NCBI GenBank assembly: GCA_964466575.1
Contig: CAYXNP010000002.1
Coordinates: 30,913-94,912 of the forward strand
DNA length: 64,000 bases
Direction of reading: 5' to 3'
DNA from: Candidatus Woesearchaeota archaeon
GTDB taxonomy: Archaea > Nanobdellota > Nanobdellia > Pacearchaeales > GW2011-AR1
The notes beneath the pieces are model-generated. The model made no database searches and was not told the DNA's origin. It saw only the letters and a list, made by a program, of their open reading frames with translations. Shown here piece by piece: positions 46,399 through 56,231 of the stretch. Each line of letters opens with the position of its first letter. Position 1 is the first letter of the stretch. The translations under genes were made by a program, and so were the position numbers.

Positions 46399-49311
46399 CT
46401 ATAACTGCCAATTTAGATATTTATTTGGATCTTTGTCTAAATATTCTTGTTTAACTTCTTCGTCGCCAGTATATTCAATTTCCCATATTTTTATTGGGCC
46501 CTGAATTCCCTGGAAATAAACAAAATCTGGAAGATCTAATCCTTGTGACTCTAAGCCTTCAATTAAAAGACTTTGTTGTGTGTGGGCTAATTTGAAATTA
46601 GGAAATTTTTTAAGGGGGTCATTTAAGATATAAATTTGAGACATCATTCCCCTCATTAGCCTTGGAGTTATAAACATTGCAACACCAATTCTGTTAACGC
46701 TAATTCCCTGACCTTGTTGAGATAGTGATGGAAAGATATATGCTGTTGCTTCAATTCCTGAACCAAAATCGAAAAACTTTTCTTCAACAATTATATATCT
46801 TAACTTAACATTATGCTGAACTCCTTGATAAATCATTATCACATAAGGTTGTTGGAGTGTTGTATTATTTCCATCTATTGAATAAGGCAGCATAATTGCA
46901 CCAACACTAGTTTGGCCTGCTGGCAACATAATTTCTTTTCCATTTTCTTCAATAACTAAATCTTCGTCTAAACCATATCCTCCTATATAAGGACGAATTG
47001 TTGTATTTTGTGTTTCTTGAATTTGTTTTTCATCTAAAAAGTAAGTTCCAATATATGAAAGTCTATCAAAATTCTCGTCGCTGCCGATTTGTGCATAAGC
47101 GCCGTATTTACCTATGTCAGAAGAATCTATTAGTAAATGGGTTGAATTATGGTTGTATAGAAATTCTAATGCGTCATGCTGATTATCTCCTGTTAAAACC
47201 AATCTTCCCATATAATAATTCCAAAACGTGATTGCGTTTCCTCCGTCGAGAACAGTTGCTCTTTTTCCAATACTTTGGACCCAATAACCATAGTCCCACC
47301 AATGAGCGAAGACCGCGTCTTCAGGAGTTTCTTCCCTAACCCATTGCATTGCTTTTTGCCATTGTTGATTATATGATGAAGGAACAAAACTAAATGCCTC
47401 ACTGGTTATTTGCTGATAAAATCCAGGATATTTTTGCGTATTAAAAGGCATTCCATAAAAGATATAAATTGTTAGGAAAATCACAACTACCACAATTCCT
47501 AAATATATTAGTTTCAAGTTTTTGTCTTCGGCTTTTCTGTATTTTTCTACTGACTCGACAACTAAATAACCAATGAAGATTGGAGCGATTGGCGCTAAAA
47601 CCATAATTAGTCTTACTGCGCCTCTCGACGTAAATACAGTTAAAATTAATAATGAAAGCAAAACTAAATAATCATATCTAATTTTTTCAAAACTTTTATC
47701 GTCTCGTTTATAATATTCTAAATAAATTTTTATTAATATAAAAGCGAATAATAAAAATGCACAGTAATAAACCGCTTTACTAATAAAATTATCTCCGTTG
47801 AAAACGCTCGCTGAAGAATATCTTGAGAAAATTATTGATAATAAAAGAATTACATATGCTCCTGTTAAAATCCATGCGTCTTTGTTTCTTAATTTGTTTA
47901 ACATATTCCTAAATAACACGACTGAACCAATTACGAAAAGCCAAAACATGATTGGAATATTTTGAGAGCCCAATTTTAGGAATGGGCCAAAACTTCCCCG
48001 CCATTCTGTGAAAAATGGCTGCCGGTTTTCTGCAACTGTCGTGTTCCATCTTCCTATAACTGGCCTGAATATCATTTGATGAATTGCCTTGGCTTTATCA
48101 ACAACAAATGATGGGCCAATAAGAATTGAAGCAAAAACTATAACTAAAATAATTGAGATAATTATTGAAACAATGTTTTTTGGTAATTTTAAGTTAGATA
48201 AATACCTGTTGTTAGATAATTTTGTATTCCATAAAACTAAATGAACCACGAATGTAATGAAAACTAAAAATGCCAGGCCTGATGCTAACGAAGTAAGCAT
48301 TGTGATTAGATTTGTTTTATTTGAGAAATATACTGATATTGAAATAGCTAAAATTATCCATTCGCCGTAGATTATTACTTCTTTTAATTTTACTTTGTTT
48401 AATATTAATGCTGCTAAACTTGCGACTGCGATTGGAATGTAAATATAAAGGACACCGCCCCATATCAACCCCATTATTGCTGTTGTTATTCCTGCTAAAG
48501 CTCCATATATATAAGCTGTTACTAATTTTTCTGATTTCCATGCTTTTAAGAAAAAGAAATATGCTAAGAACATAAAGAAAAATGCGGCCGATTCTTTTTC
48601 GGGAATTCCTGCTACTGTCCTTGATAAAAATATTGGGACAACAATCATCAGGAAAGTTGAGATTAAGGCGATTGCATTTGCATTGATTTTGCTCTCTTTT
48701 GATTTTTCAACAAACACTTCTCGCACAAATAAGAAGAATGAAATTATTGTTAAAACAAACATTAAGACAGGAAATAATACGCCTGCAAATTCAGGATTTG
48801 TTCCGGAATAAAAGAAATTAGATAGGTGATAAGTCCAATCAATCATTAATGGAAGAAGCATTGTTTCGCCGGAATTGTCAAAACCAAGGGGAACATTTCT
48901 CATCATGTCGATTTTTGGAAATGAGCCAGTTTTTATCACAGATTCTGCTGTTCTTAAAAAAAGCCATGGATCTAAATCTGGGCCGAGTGTCCAATTTTGG
49001 GTTGTTATATCCCATAAACCAGGGGTGCCGCCAAACGCTTTTCCAGGATTTAATAAAAAACCAGAAAAAGAAACAGGCCCTTGAGTATGGTCTTGCATTG
49101 GCAATGTTCTAATATAAATTCCTAAAAGAATTGCAATAATCAAGAAAAATGCAACCCAAACTTTTGGTTGTATTAAAAAATTAATTATTTTCTTCTTTCT
49201 GATTTCTATTACTTTATCATCATGAAAAACATTCATTTCCGCGGACTTGTCTCCAATAATTTCATTTTCTCTTTTAATTAAATCATCCATGTTTTTTTGA
49301 GAGATTGGCAA
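46399..49311 (-). CDS. aglB: Oligosaccharyltransferase, STT3/AglB family.
   Basis: AHWWDYGYWVQS is the WWDYG motif. The protein has a 13-TM N-domain and a large C-terminal soluble domain, 970 aa in all. Confidence 0.9.
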   Translation of the reverse strand: MPISQKNMDDLIKRENEIIGDKSAEMNVFHDDKVIEIRKKKIINFLIQPKVWVAFFLIIAILLGIYIRTLPMQDHTQGPVSFSGFLLNPGKAFGGTPGLWDITTQNWTLGPDLDPWLFLRTAESVIKTGSFPKIDMMRNVPLGFDNSGETMLLPLMIDWTYHLSNFFYSGTNPEFAGVLFPVLMFVLTIISFFLFVREVFVEKSKESKINANAIALISTFLMIVVPIFLSRTVAGIPEKESAAFFFMFLAYFFFLKAWKSEKLVTAYIYGALAGITTAIMGLIWGGVLYIYIPIAVASLAALILNKVKLKEVIIYGEWIILAISISVYFSNKTNLITMLTSLASGLAFLVFITFVVHLVLWNTKLSNNRYLSNLKLPKNIVSIIISIILVIVFASILIGPSFVVDKAKAIHQMIFRPVIGRWNTTVAENRQPFFTEWRGSFGPFLKLGSQNIPIMFWLFVIGSVVLFRNMLNKLRNKDAWILTGAYVILLLSIIFSRYSSASVFNGDNFISKAVYYCAFLLFAFILIKIYLEYYKRDDKSFEKIRYDYLVLLSLLILTVFTSRGAVRLIMVLAPIAPIFIGYLVVESVEKYRKAEDKNLKLIYLGIVVVVIFLTIYIFYGMPFNTQKYPGFYQQITSEAFSFVPSSYNQQWQKAMQWVREETPEDAVFAHWWDYGYWVQSIGKRATVLDGGNAITFWNYYMGRLVLTGDNQHDALEFLYNHNSTHLLIDSSDIGKYGAYAQIGSDENFDRLSYIGTYFLDEKQIQETQNTTIRPYIGGYGLDEDLVIEENGKEIMLPAGQTSVGAIMLPYSIDGNNTTLQQPYVIMIYQGVQHNVKLRYIIVEEKFFDFGSGIEATAYIFPSLSQQGQGISVNRIGVAMFITPRLMRGMMSQIYILNDPLKKFPNFKLAHTQQSLLIEGLESQGLDLPDFVYFQGIQGPIKIWEIEYTGDEEVKQEYLDKDPNKYLNWQL

Positions 49312-49398
49312 TATATAAAGATTTCTTAGTTTTTGTATATTGGATAATAAAAAACATTTTTATACTCAATTCTCCTTAATTTATTATAAAAGAGGAAA

Positions 49399-51144
49399 AT
49401 GGCGATTGAAGGAATATTTTTGCAGTTTGCAGTGATTTTGCTAGTTGCGTTTATAGTGTCTTACATAATCCGGTTGTTTAATCAGCCGATTATTGTTGGT
49501 TATATTATTGCGGGCGTGATAATAAGTCCGTTTATCCTCGATTTCGGTAATACTTCCACGGAAATAATTGATGTTTTTTCCAAGTTTGGAATTGCGTTTT
49601 TGTTGTTTATAGTTGGTTTGCATTTGAATCCAAAAGTCATTAAAGAAATTGGTTTGCCTTCATTGGTTATTGGATTAATCCAAATGGCTTTGACTTTTGG
49701 TTTGGGTTTTGTTATTGCATTGTATGTTGTCGGCTGGGATGTTGTGGCTTCGGCATATGTTGGTGCGGCGTTGATGTTCTCTTCTACAATTATTGTTATG
49801 AAATTATTGTCAGATAGGTCTGAATTGGATTCTCTTCATGGGAAAATTGCGATTGGAATTTTGATTATTCAGGATTTGGCTGCGATTGGAATTTTGATTT
49901 TTGTTTCATCTACCGGAATGATTGATGGTTCAACTTCTTGGGGAATGTTTGCGCTGCAGAGTTTGTTAATTGGCGGTGGATTGCTTTTTGCGACTTTAAT
50001 TGTTGGGTTTTTTATTTTGCCGTTTGTTTTGAAGTCGGTTGCAAAATCGCAGGAATTATTGTTTTTGTTTTCGATTACGTGGTGTTTTTTAATTGCTGCT
50101 CTTTTCAGTTTTTTTAATTTTTCTATTGAAATTGGCGCCTTACTTGCTGGAGTTGTTTTATCAATAAGCCCTTACAGCACCGAGATAAGTGCGAAGATAA
50201 GGCCGTTAAGGGATTTCTTTTTAGTGTTGTTTTTTATAATCTTGGGATTGCGAATTCAATTAGATAACATCGGGAATATTTTGGTTAATGCGGTGCTTTT
50301 CTCTTTGGTTGCTTTAATTTTTAAGCCAATAATTTTGAGTGTTTTGATGGCAATGTTTGGACATGCAAAAAGGAACAACTTCATTGTTGGAACAACGCTT
50401 GCGCAAATTTCCGAGTTTTCTCTGATATTGCTGACATTAGGTTTGAGTGTTGGACATTTGTCAAAATATGGAATAGAAAATAATGAAGTTATCTCGACTA
50501 TAACGCTAACTGCTGTGATTACAATTACTTTATCGACTTATATGATAATTTATTCAAAGAAAATTTATAATAAAATATCTTCGACATTTCTTGTGTTTGA
50601 AAAAAAATCTGCTCAAAGGAAAAACGAAAAGAAGAAAAAATATGACGCGATTTTGTTTGGTTATAATAGGATTGGTTATGGAATTTTAAGGAGTTTGAAA
50701 AAAATTAAGAAAAATTATGTTGTGGTTGATTTTAACCCAGAGACAATTGAGAACTTGTCGAAGCTGAGAATTCCTGCGCTGTATGGAGATGCTTATGATT
50801 CTGATTTGATAAATGAGCTGCCGTTGAATGATGTGAAGTTGGTTGTTTCGACGATTCCAGATTTTGAGACTAATTTGCTGCTTGTTGAAAATATTAGAAT
50901 GATAAATAAATCTGCGATTGTAATTTTGAGAGCGCATTCTGTTAAAGACGCTCTTGATTTGTATGATAAAGGCGCTTCTTATGTTTTGACTCCGCACTTT
51001 TTGGGGGGACAATATATTTCAAAAATGATTGAAAATTCAGAAGTTAGAGCTGCTGAATATAAAGAAGAGAAAGAGAGACATATTGAACATTTAAAGAGCA
51101 TGATTGAAAGAGGAATTGAACATCCAGAGGTTGAGAAAAACTAA
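49399..51144 (+). CDS. CPA2 monovalent cation:proton antiporter with a C-terminal TrkA-N/RCK domain (KefB-like).
   Basis: Twelve TM helices. The Rossmann motif AILFGYNRIGYGILRSL lies in the C-terminal third. Confidence 0.8.
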   Translation: MAIEGIFLQFAVILLVAFIVSYIIRLFNQPIIVGYIIAGVIISPFILDFGNTSTEIIDVFSKFGIAFLLFIVGLHLNPKVIKEIGLPSLVIGLIQMALTFGLGFVIALYVVGWDVVASAYVGAALMFSSTIIVMKLLSDRSELDSLHGKIAIGILIIQDLAAIGILIFVSSTGMIDGSTSWGMFALQSLLIGGGLLFATLIVGFFILPFVLKSVAKSQELLFLFSITWCFLIAALFSFFNFSIEIGALLAGVVLSISPYSTEISAKIRPLRDFFLVLFFIILGLRIQLDNIGNILVNAVLFSLVALIFKPIILSVLMAMFGHAKRNNFIVGTTLAQISEFSLILLTLGLSVGHLSKYGIENNEVISTITLTAVITITLSTYMIIYSKKIYNKISSTFLVFEKKSAQRKNEKKKKYDAILFGYNRIGYGILRSLKKIKKNYVVVDFNPETIENLSKLRIPALYGDAYDSDLINELPLNDVKLVVSTIPDFETNLLLVENIRMINKSAIVILRAHSVKDALDLYDKGASYVLTPHFLGGQYISKMIENSEVRAAEYKEEKERHIEHLKSMIERGIEHPEVEKN

Positions 51145-51145
51145 A

Positions 51146-52258
51146 ATGAAAATTAATTCAAAACTTTTATTGAAACCTGAAGATTTTAGACCTTCAGTTA
51201 AGAATTGGATTGTCAAGGGCATTCTTAATCCTGGCGCTATGAGACTGCCTGACAATAAAATTATGCTTTATGTCCGGGTTGCCGAATCTGCGGGAATCGA
51301 GCATGAACAACTGAAAAAATGCCCGATGATTACCTCGTCGAGAAAATCAAAATTTAAATATATTGATGTTGACGGAAAAAATCCGCTGAAGATAAAAGAA
51401 AATAAAATTGTGCTGGTGAAAGATGTCTGTGATGTTAAGTTGTCGCATATTTCGCATTTCCGAAGAGTAATTTTAGGTAGGAACGGATTTAATATTGAAA
51501 AAATTGAGCAAAAGCCGATTTTTAGCGGAACGCCGATTAGCAGCAACCTCGGTGTTGAAGATCCCCGCATTGTAAAAATGGAAAACAGATATTTTATGAC
51601 TTATGTCGGAGTTTCATTGAAAAATGGAATCTCGTCTTATATGGCGACTTCTAAAGATTTGAAAAATTGGGAGAAAAAATGGATGATTTTTTCTGAGCAG
51701 GACAAAGATGTTGTTTTGTTTCCAGAAAAAATAAATGACAAGTATATCGTAATGCATCGTCCTGAAACTTCGTTCAGCAATTACAAGCCGGGCATTTGGC
51801 TGTCTTATTCGCCAGATTTAATTCATTGGGGAGAAGACAAGATTTTAATGCGTCCTCGAAAAAACAGCTGGGAACAGGAACGAATAGGCGCTGGACCGCC
51901 GCCGATAAAAACAGACAAGGGATGGCTTTGCATTTATCATGGAGTGAAAATCAAGAAAAAAATTAACGAGATTAATGGAAAAGAAGAAGAGTATAGTATT
52001 TACAGCGCTGGTGCTGTTTTACTGGATTTGAAAAAACCAGAAAAAATTTTAGCTATTTCACCAAAAGACAAGCCATTGTTTGAGCCTTCGCATGAGTTTG
52101 AGAAAGTTGGGTTTATGAATAATGTAATTTTTCCGACAGGAATTGTTGAAACTTTGGATAAAAAATCAGTCCTGTTATATTGCGGCGGAGCTGATACAGT
52201 TACAGTTGTAAAGAAAATTTCTTTTAAGGATATTTTTGAAAGTATGGAGTGGAGATAA
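51146..52258 (+). CDS. GH130-family glycoside phosphorylase/glycosidase (PH1107-related).
   Basis: ILNPGAMRL and VEDPRIVKM are GH130 signatures. The start was moved to the ATG 1 nt after the antiporter stop instead of the overlapping 51104. Confidence 0.65.
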   Translation: MKINSKLLLKPEDFRPSVKNWIVKGILNPGAMRLPDNKIMLYVRVAESAGIEHEQLKKCPMITSSRKSKFKYIDVDGKNPLKIKENKIVLVKDVCDVKLSHISHFRRVILGRNGFNIEKIEQKPIFSGTPISSNLGVEDPRIVKMENRYFMTYVGVSLKNGISSYMATSKDLKNWEKKWMIFSEQDKDVVLFPEKINDKYIVMHRPETSFSNYKPGIWLSYSPDLIHWGEDKILMRPRKNSWEQERIGAGPPPIKTDKGWLCIYHGVKIKKKINEINGKEEEYSIYSAGAVLLDLKKPEKILAISPKDKPLFEPSHEFEKVGFMNNVIFPTGIVETLDKKSVLLYCGGADTVTVVKKISFKDIFESMEWR

Positions 52259-52553
52259 AATTAGCTCGCTGACGCGAGGATAATTGTTCAGTGCCTGACT
52301 TCATCAAGGCACTTCGTAGAAAAAAAGATAATGCATAATTTCTCAAAGTTAGATGTTTGTTATAAGATTGAATTTTTATCAGTTACTAAAACTCAATGTT
52401 GAATCTGAGTTAATTTTATATTAATCCACGAGCTTACGAGTGCTAACTTTTCTAAAAAACCTTAAAAACCTTTCCTATTATTACATTATTATTCGCTAGC
52501 TTCTGAATAGCCATAATAGATAATTTTTTAAGCAGGGGTTTCTTCTGTATTTT

Positions 52554-52790
52554 ATGGAAAAGAATATACTTGATTTCACTATAATTATTGAGCAAGATGA
52601 AGATGGGGTTTATGTAGCAAAAGTTCCAGAAATTGATGGTTGTTATACCCAAGGGAAAACATTGAATGAAGTTTTAGAAAGGATTAAAGAAGCAATTGAA
52701 TTATGCCTTGAAGCAGATAACGAAGAGGTCAATCCTTTGAAATTTATAGGTATTCAAAAAATTCAGATTGAAAAAAAGCCAGTCATGTAA
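52554..52790 (+). CDS. hicB: HicB-family antitoxin (UPF0150).
   Basis: FTIIIEQDEDGVYVAKVPEIDGCYTQGKTLNEVLERIKEAIELCLE is the hallmark of the family. Confidence 0.7.
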   Translation: MEKNILDFTIIIEQDEDGVYVAKVPEIDGCYTQGKTLNEVLERIKEAIELCLEADNEEVNPLKFIGIQKIQIEKKPVM

Positions 52791-52791
52791 A

Positions 52792-53025
52792 ATGACAAAG
52801 TTAATTATTATTTCTGGAAAAAAGTTTTGCAAAATTCTTGAAATGCTGGGTTTTGAAAAAGTTCAAGGAAAGGGCAGTCATGTAAGATACAAGCATGAAG
52901 ATGGACGAAGAACTGTTATTCCAATTCACGGAAACGAAGATTTGGGAAAGGGTTTATTGAGGGAAATACTAAAACAAATAAATATAAGTAAAGAAGAATA
53001 TGAAGAATTAAGAAAAGAGGTATAA
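52792..53025 (+). CDS. hicA: HicA-family mRNA interferase toxin.
   Basis: FEKVQGKGSHVRYKHEDGRRTVIPIHGNEDLGKGLLREILKQINI is the family signature. The ATG at 52792 is preferred over the TTG at 52768 used by the ORF track. Confidence 0.7.
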   Translation: MTKLIIISGKKFCKILEMLGFEKVQGKGSHVRYKHEDGRRTVIPIHGNEDLGKGLLREILKQINISKEEYEELRKEV

Positions 53026-53652
53026 ATGAAACTATTAATTGTTAAAAACAAAAAAGAAGTTGCTAAGAAAGCTTCGGAAATAATTGCTAAACAAATTAAA
53101 AAGAAACCTAATTCAGTTCTTGGTTTAGCCACAGGAAAAACAATGATTCCATTGTATAAAGAATTAGTTAAGAGCAAGGTTGATTTTTCTAAGGTTAAGA
53201 CTTTTAATTTAGATGATTATTCAAATAAGAAATATCAAAAGTATATGGATAAACATTTATTCAATAAAATAAATATTCCAAGAAAAAATATTAATTTTCC
53301 ATCATCTTCAAATGTTTCAAAATATGATTTTTTAATAAAAAAAGCAAAAGGAATTGATTTGCAGATTTTAGGAATTGGAAAAAATAGCCACATTGCATTT
53401 AATGAACCTGGCTCGTCGTTTAAGAGCAAGACGCGAAAAGTTAATATTAAAGGCAAGACTGCTTACAGCGTCGGCATTGCGACAATTATGAAATCGCGAA
53501 AGATAATTTTGTTGGCGTTTGGTAGGGAGAAGGCTAAGGCGATTTTCAATACTCTTAAAGGGAAAATTTCTGAAGATGTTCCTGCTTCTATTTTAAGAAA
53601 ACATAAAAATGTGATTGTTGTGGTTGATAAGAAGGCGGGGAGGAAGTTATAG
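53026..53652 (+). CDS. nagB: Glucosamine-6-phosphate deaminase (NagB/6-phosphogluconolactonase family, short form).
   Basis: VLGLATGKTMIPLYKEL and NSHIAFNEPGSSF match the conserved HIAFNEPGSS of NagB. Confidence 0.7.
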   Translation: MKLLIVKNKKEVAKKASEIIAKQIKKKPNSVLGLATGKTMIPLYKELVKSKVDFSKVKTFNLDDYSNKKYQKYMDKHLFNKINIPRKNINFPSSSNVSKYDFLIKKAKGIDLQILGIGKNSHIAFNEPGSSFKSKTRKVNIKGKTAYSVGIATIMKSRKIILLAFGREKAKAIFNTLKGKISEDVPASILRKHKNVIVVVDKKAGRKL

Positions 53653-53657
53653 AATTA

Positions 53658-54269
53658 TTAACCAATATACATTTTATCTTTAATCAATCTTGGAAAATGC
53701 TTTTTAAGATCTCTTTGAGCAATACTTGAGAAAAATGTAAGAAATTTTATTTTAAATTTAACTTTAAAAAATTCAGAAAGGAATAACGTAAGGTCGTAAA
53801 CCATGTCTTCCGTTATTCCTTTTATTAGGAGTGCACTATAAAATCTAATTTCCTCACCATTTTTTTTCATTAAAGTTAAGCTTACATCAGTGGGATCAGG
53901 TATAATTGAAATTTCTAAATAATCAATTTCATTAAAATCTTTTTCTTTAATTATATTTCTTTTTGGAAATATATAAGAATGTATTTCTTTAAATTTCCTT
54001 CTTTGTTTATTGAATTCATAGGATACTGAAGAATTTAATCCTGGTAATGATACTACAATAAAAAATAATCCCAATATAAAAAGAATGATAGAAAAGATTT
54101 TAACAATTAACTCATTTGTATCTTGAAAAAATAGAGACATTAGCATTATTCCAATGATAACCCCAATTAAACCCCATAACTTTGATTGTGGAAAAAGATA
54201 GAGTGTATTACTTTTTTCGTCATATTTAATCTTTCTATATCTTTTCAGAAAAGAATATTTTTCTTTCAT
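53658..54269 (-). CDS. Hypothetical membrane protein with two TM helices.
   Basis: The ORF and its hydrophobic segments only. Confidence 0.3.
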   Translation of the reverse strand: MKEKYSFLKRYRKIKYDEKSNTLYLFPQSKLWGLIGVIIGIMLMSLFFQDTNELIVKIFSIILFILGLFFIVVSLPGLNSSVSYEFNKQRRKFKEIHSYIFPKRNIIKEKDFNEIDYLEISIIPDPTDVSLTLMKKNGEEIRFYSALLIKGITEDMVYDLTLFLSEFFKVKFKIKFLTFFSSIAQRDLKKHFPRLIKDKMYIG

Positions 54270-54350
54270 CTTTTTTTAAGTAAATTTAAATTAATAAACC
54301 TTATGTTTAAAATTAAATAAACTTTAATACCCTATTCACTTCTATCTTTC

Positions 54351-54938
54351 ATGAAATCCTTAGTAATTATCGCTCATCCTGACGATGAAACAATTTGGAT
54401 GGGTGGGACTATTTTACAAAATACGTCTGAAGATTGGACAATAATTTCTTTATGCAGAAAACACGACGAGGATAGACAGCCAAAGTTTATGAAAGTGTGT
54501 GAGGCTTTGAATGCTAAAGGAATTATTTCTGATTTAGATGATGAGGAGTTGAAGCCGATTGAAATTGTAAAAGTAATTGAAGAAATAATTTCTCTTTTAC
54601 CTTCTAAAGAATATGATGTTATTTATACTCATGGAAAAAACGGCGAGTATGGACATATAAGACATAAGGAAATTCACGACAGCGTCGCGAAAATGGTTGA
54701 AGTTGGTTATTTGAAATGCAAGATGTTGAAGTTTTTTTCTTATATCAAAGGAAATGAAATTCCGCCAGTTAATCCTGAATTGAAAGTTATGATTGCGAAT
54801 CCGAATGCAAAAGAACATATAGGGTTGAGTGAAGAAATCCTTAAAAGGAAAAAAGAGCTTGTTCGTGACATGTATGGATTTCAAGAAGGAGGGTTTGAAG
54901 TAATGAGCGCTGGAAAAATTGAAGCATTTGATTTTTGA
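54351..54938 (+). CDS. PIG-L/LmbE-family N-acetylglucosaminyl deacetylase.
   Basis: VIIAHPDDETIWMGG is the family signature. Confidence 0.75.
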   Translation: MKSLVIIAHPDDETIWMGGTILQNTSEDWTIISLCRKHDEDRQPKFMKVCEALNAKGIISDLDDEELKPIEIVKVIEEIISLLPSKEYDVIYTHGKNGEYGHIRHKEIHDSVAKMVEVGYLKCKMLKFFSYIKGNEIPPVNPELKVMIANPNAKEHIGLSEEILKRKKELVRDMYGFQEGGFEVMSAGKIEAFDF

Positions 54939-55084
54939 TTTTAAAATGTATAAAAAATTTTGTTAACGCAAAGAATTGATAAGATGATAAATAAAAATAA
55001 TCCCAAGAATATAATTGATACTGGTTTGGTTATTAATAATTTTATTAAATCTGCCGAAGGCAGTAAATTATTATGGAGTAATGA

Positions 55085-56230
55085 ATGAAAATTCTTTTAT
55101 TATATCCTTATCCTTTAGAGATGGACGGGCAGAGTTTACAAGGACATTATTTAGCAAAGGGTTTAAGAGAATTGGGTGTTGAAGTTATGGAATGCAGCAG
55201 GAATAATAATTTACAAAAATTGTGGACTTACAAATCATTTAATCCTGATGCAGTTATTGGAATTGGTTTTTGGGGGGACTCGCCTGATGTTTTGTATTCT
55301 CCTTTGAATCATGGTTTAAAGGCTGTGCCGTGGTTTAATGCCGACGGGTGGGTTGCGAATTATCATGATACATTTAACAACTTGCCTTTGATGTGCGTGA
55401 CAAGCAACTGGGTTAAACAGACTTACATTCGAGATGGATTGCATGGAAATAATATTCATGTTTGTCCGATTGGTTATGATCCAGATGTGTTTAAACCTAT
55501 TCCAATACACGACAAGAAAGTGCAGAAATTGAGAGAGCTGCTTGGAATTCAGCCAGACGAGAAAATGATTTTCACTGCCGGCGGCGACGTAACTAGCAAA
55601 GGTGCGCAGGAGATGATGCAGGCGATTGCTAAATTTCAAGATAAATTTCCAAATTGGAAATATGTTTTAAAAGTTAATGAAGGTTTTTCTGCAGAAGACC
55701 ATGGAATCGAAGAAGATAAATTAATTGAAAAACTTGGTTTTGACAGGAATCGTATTACGTATCTTAGCGGGGAATATTCTCCAGGGTTTATGGCAATGCT
55801 GCTTAATGCGTGCGATGTTTATGCTGCGCCGTCGAGACTAGAAGGTTTTGGAATGATTCAATTAGAGGCGCAGGCTTGCGGCAAACCGGTTGTTTCTATT
55901 AATGTTGGAGGACCGAAAGATGTTATTAAACATAATGAAACCGGATTTCTTGTTGATGTCAGCCATGAAATTAAATTAGATAGAGAGTGGGCTTATCCTT
56001 GGATGGGGTTTGAAGAAAAGCACCAGATTACTTTTCCTGAACCAAAAACTTTTGCGTACAGAGCAGATATTAATCAACTTGCAGAATGCACTTTAAGGCT
56101 GCTTCAAGACGATAACCTTCGAAAACAAATGGGCGAAGCTGCTGCAAGACATGCTTTTGAAAATTTTCATTACAAAGTTTCTGCGAAGATAATGCTGGAT
56201 TTGTTGAAAGAGAATTTAATTAATACTTAA
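55085..56230 (+). CDS. GT4-family glycosyltransferase.
   Basis: EGFGMIQLEAQACGKPVVSINVGGPKDVIKHNETGFLV is the GT4 C-terminal signature. Confidence 0.8.
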   Translation: MKILLLYPYPLEMDGQSLQGHYLAKGLRELGVEVMECSRNNNLQKLWTYKSFNPDAVIGIGFWGDSPDVLYSPLNHGLKAVPWFNADGWVANYHDTFNNLPLMCVTSNWVKQTYIRDGLHGNNIHVCPIGYDPDVFKPIPIHDKKVQKLRELLGIQPDEKMIFTAGGDVTSKGAQEMMQAIAKFQDKFPNWKYVLKVNEGFSAEDHGIEEDKLIEKLGFDRNRITYLSGEYSPGFMAMLLNACDVYAAPSRLEGFGMIQLEAQACGKPVVSINVGGPKDVIKHNETGFLVDVSHEIKLDREWAYPWMGFEEKHQITFPEPKTFAYRADINQLAECTLRLLQDDNLRKQMGEAAARHAFENFHYKVSAKIMLDLLKENLINT

Positions 56231-56231
56231 A

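Noticed and set aside
51104-51145. The ORF-track start at 51104 for the GH130 gene, overlapping the antiporter by 41 nt.
   Set aside because: An in-frame ATG at 51146 lies 1 nt after the antiporter stop and gives an N-terminus (MKINSKLL) typical of the family. The upstream extension is probably not translated.
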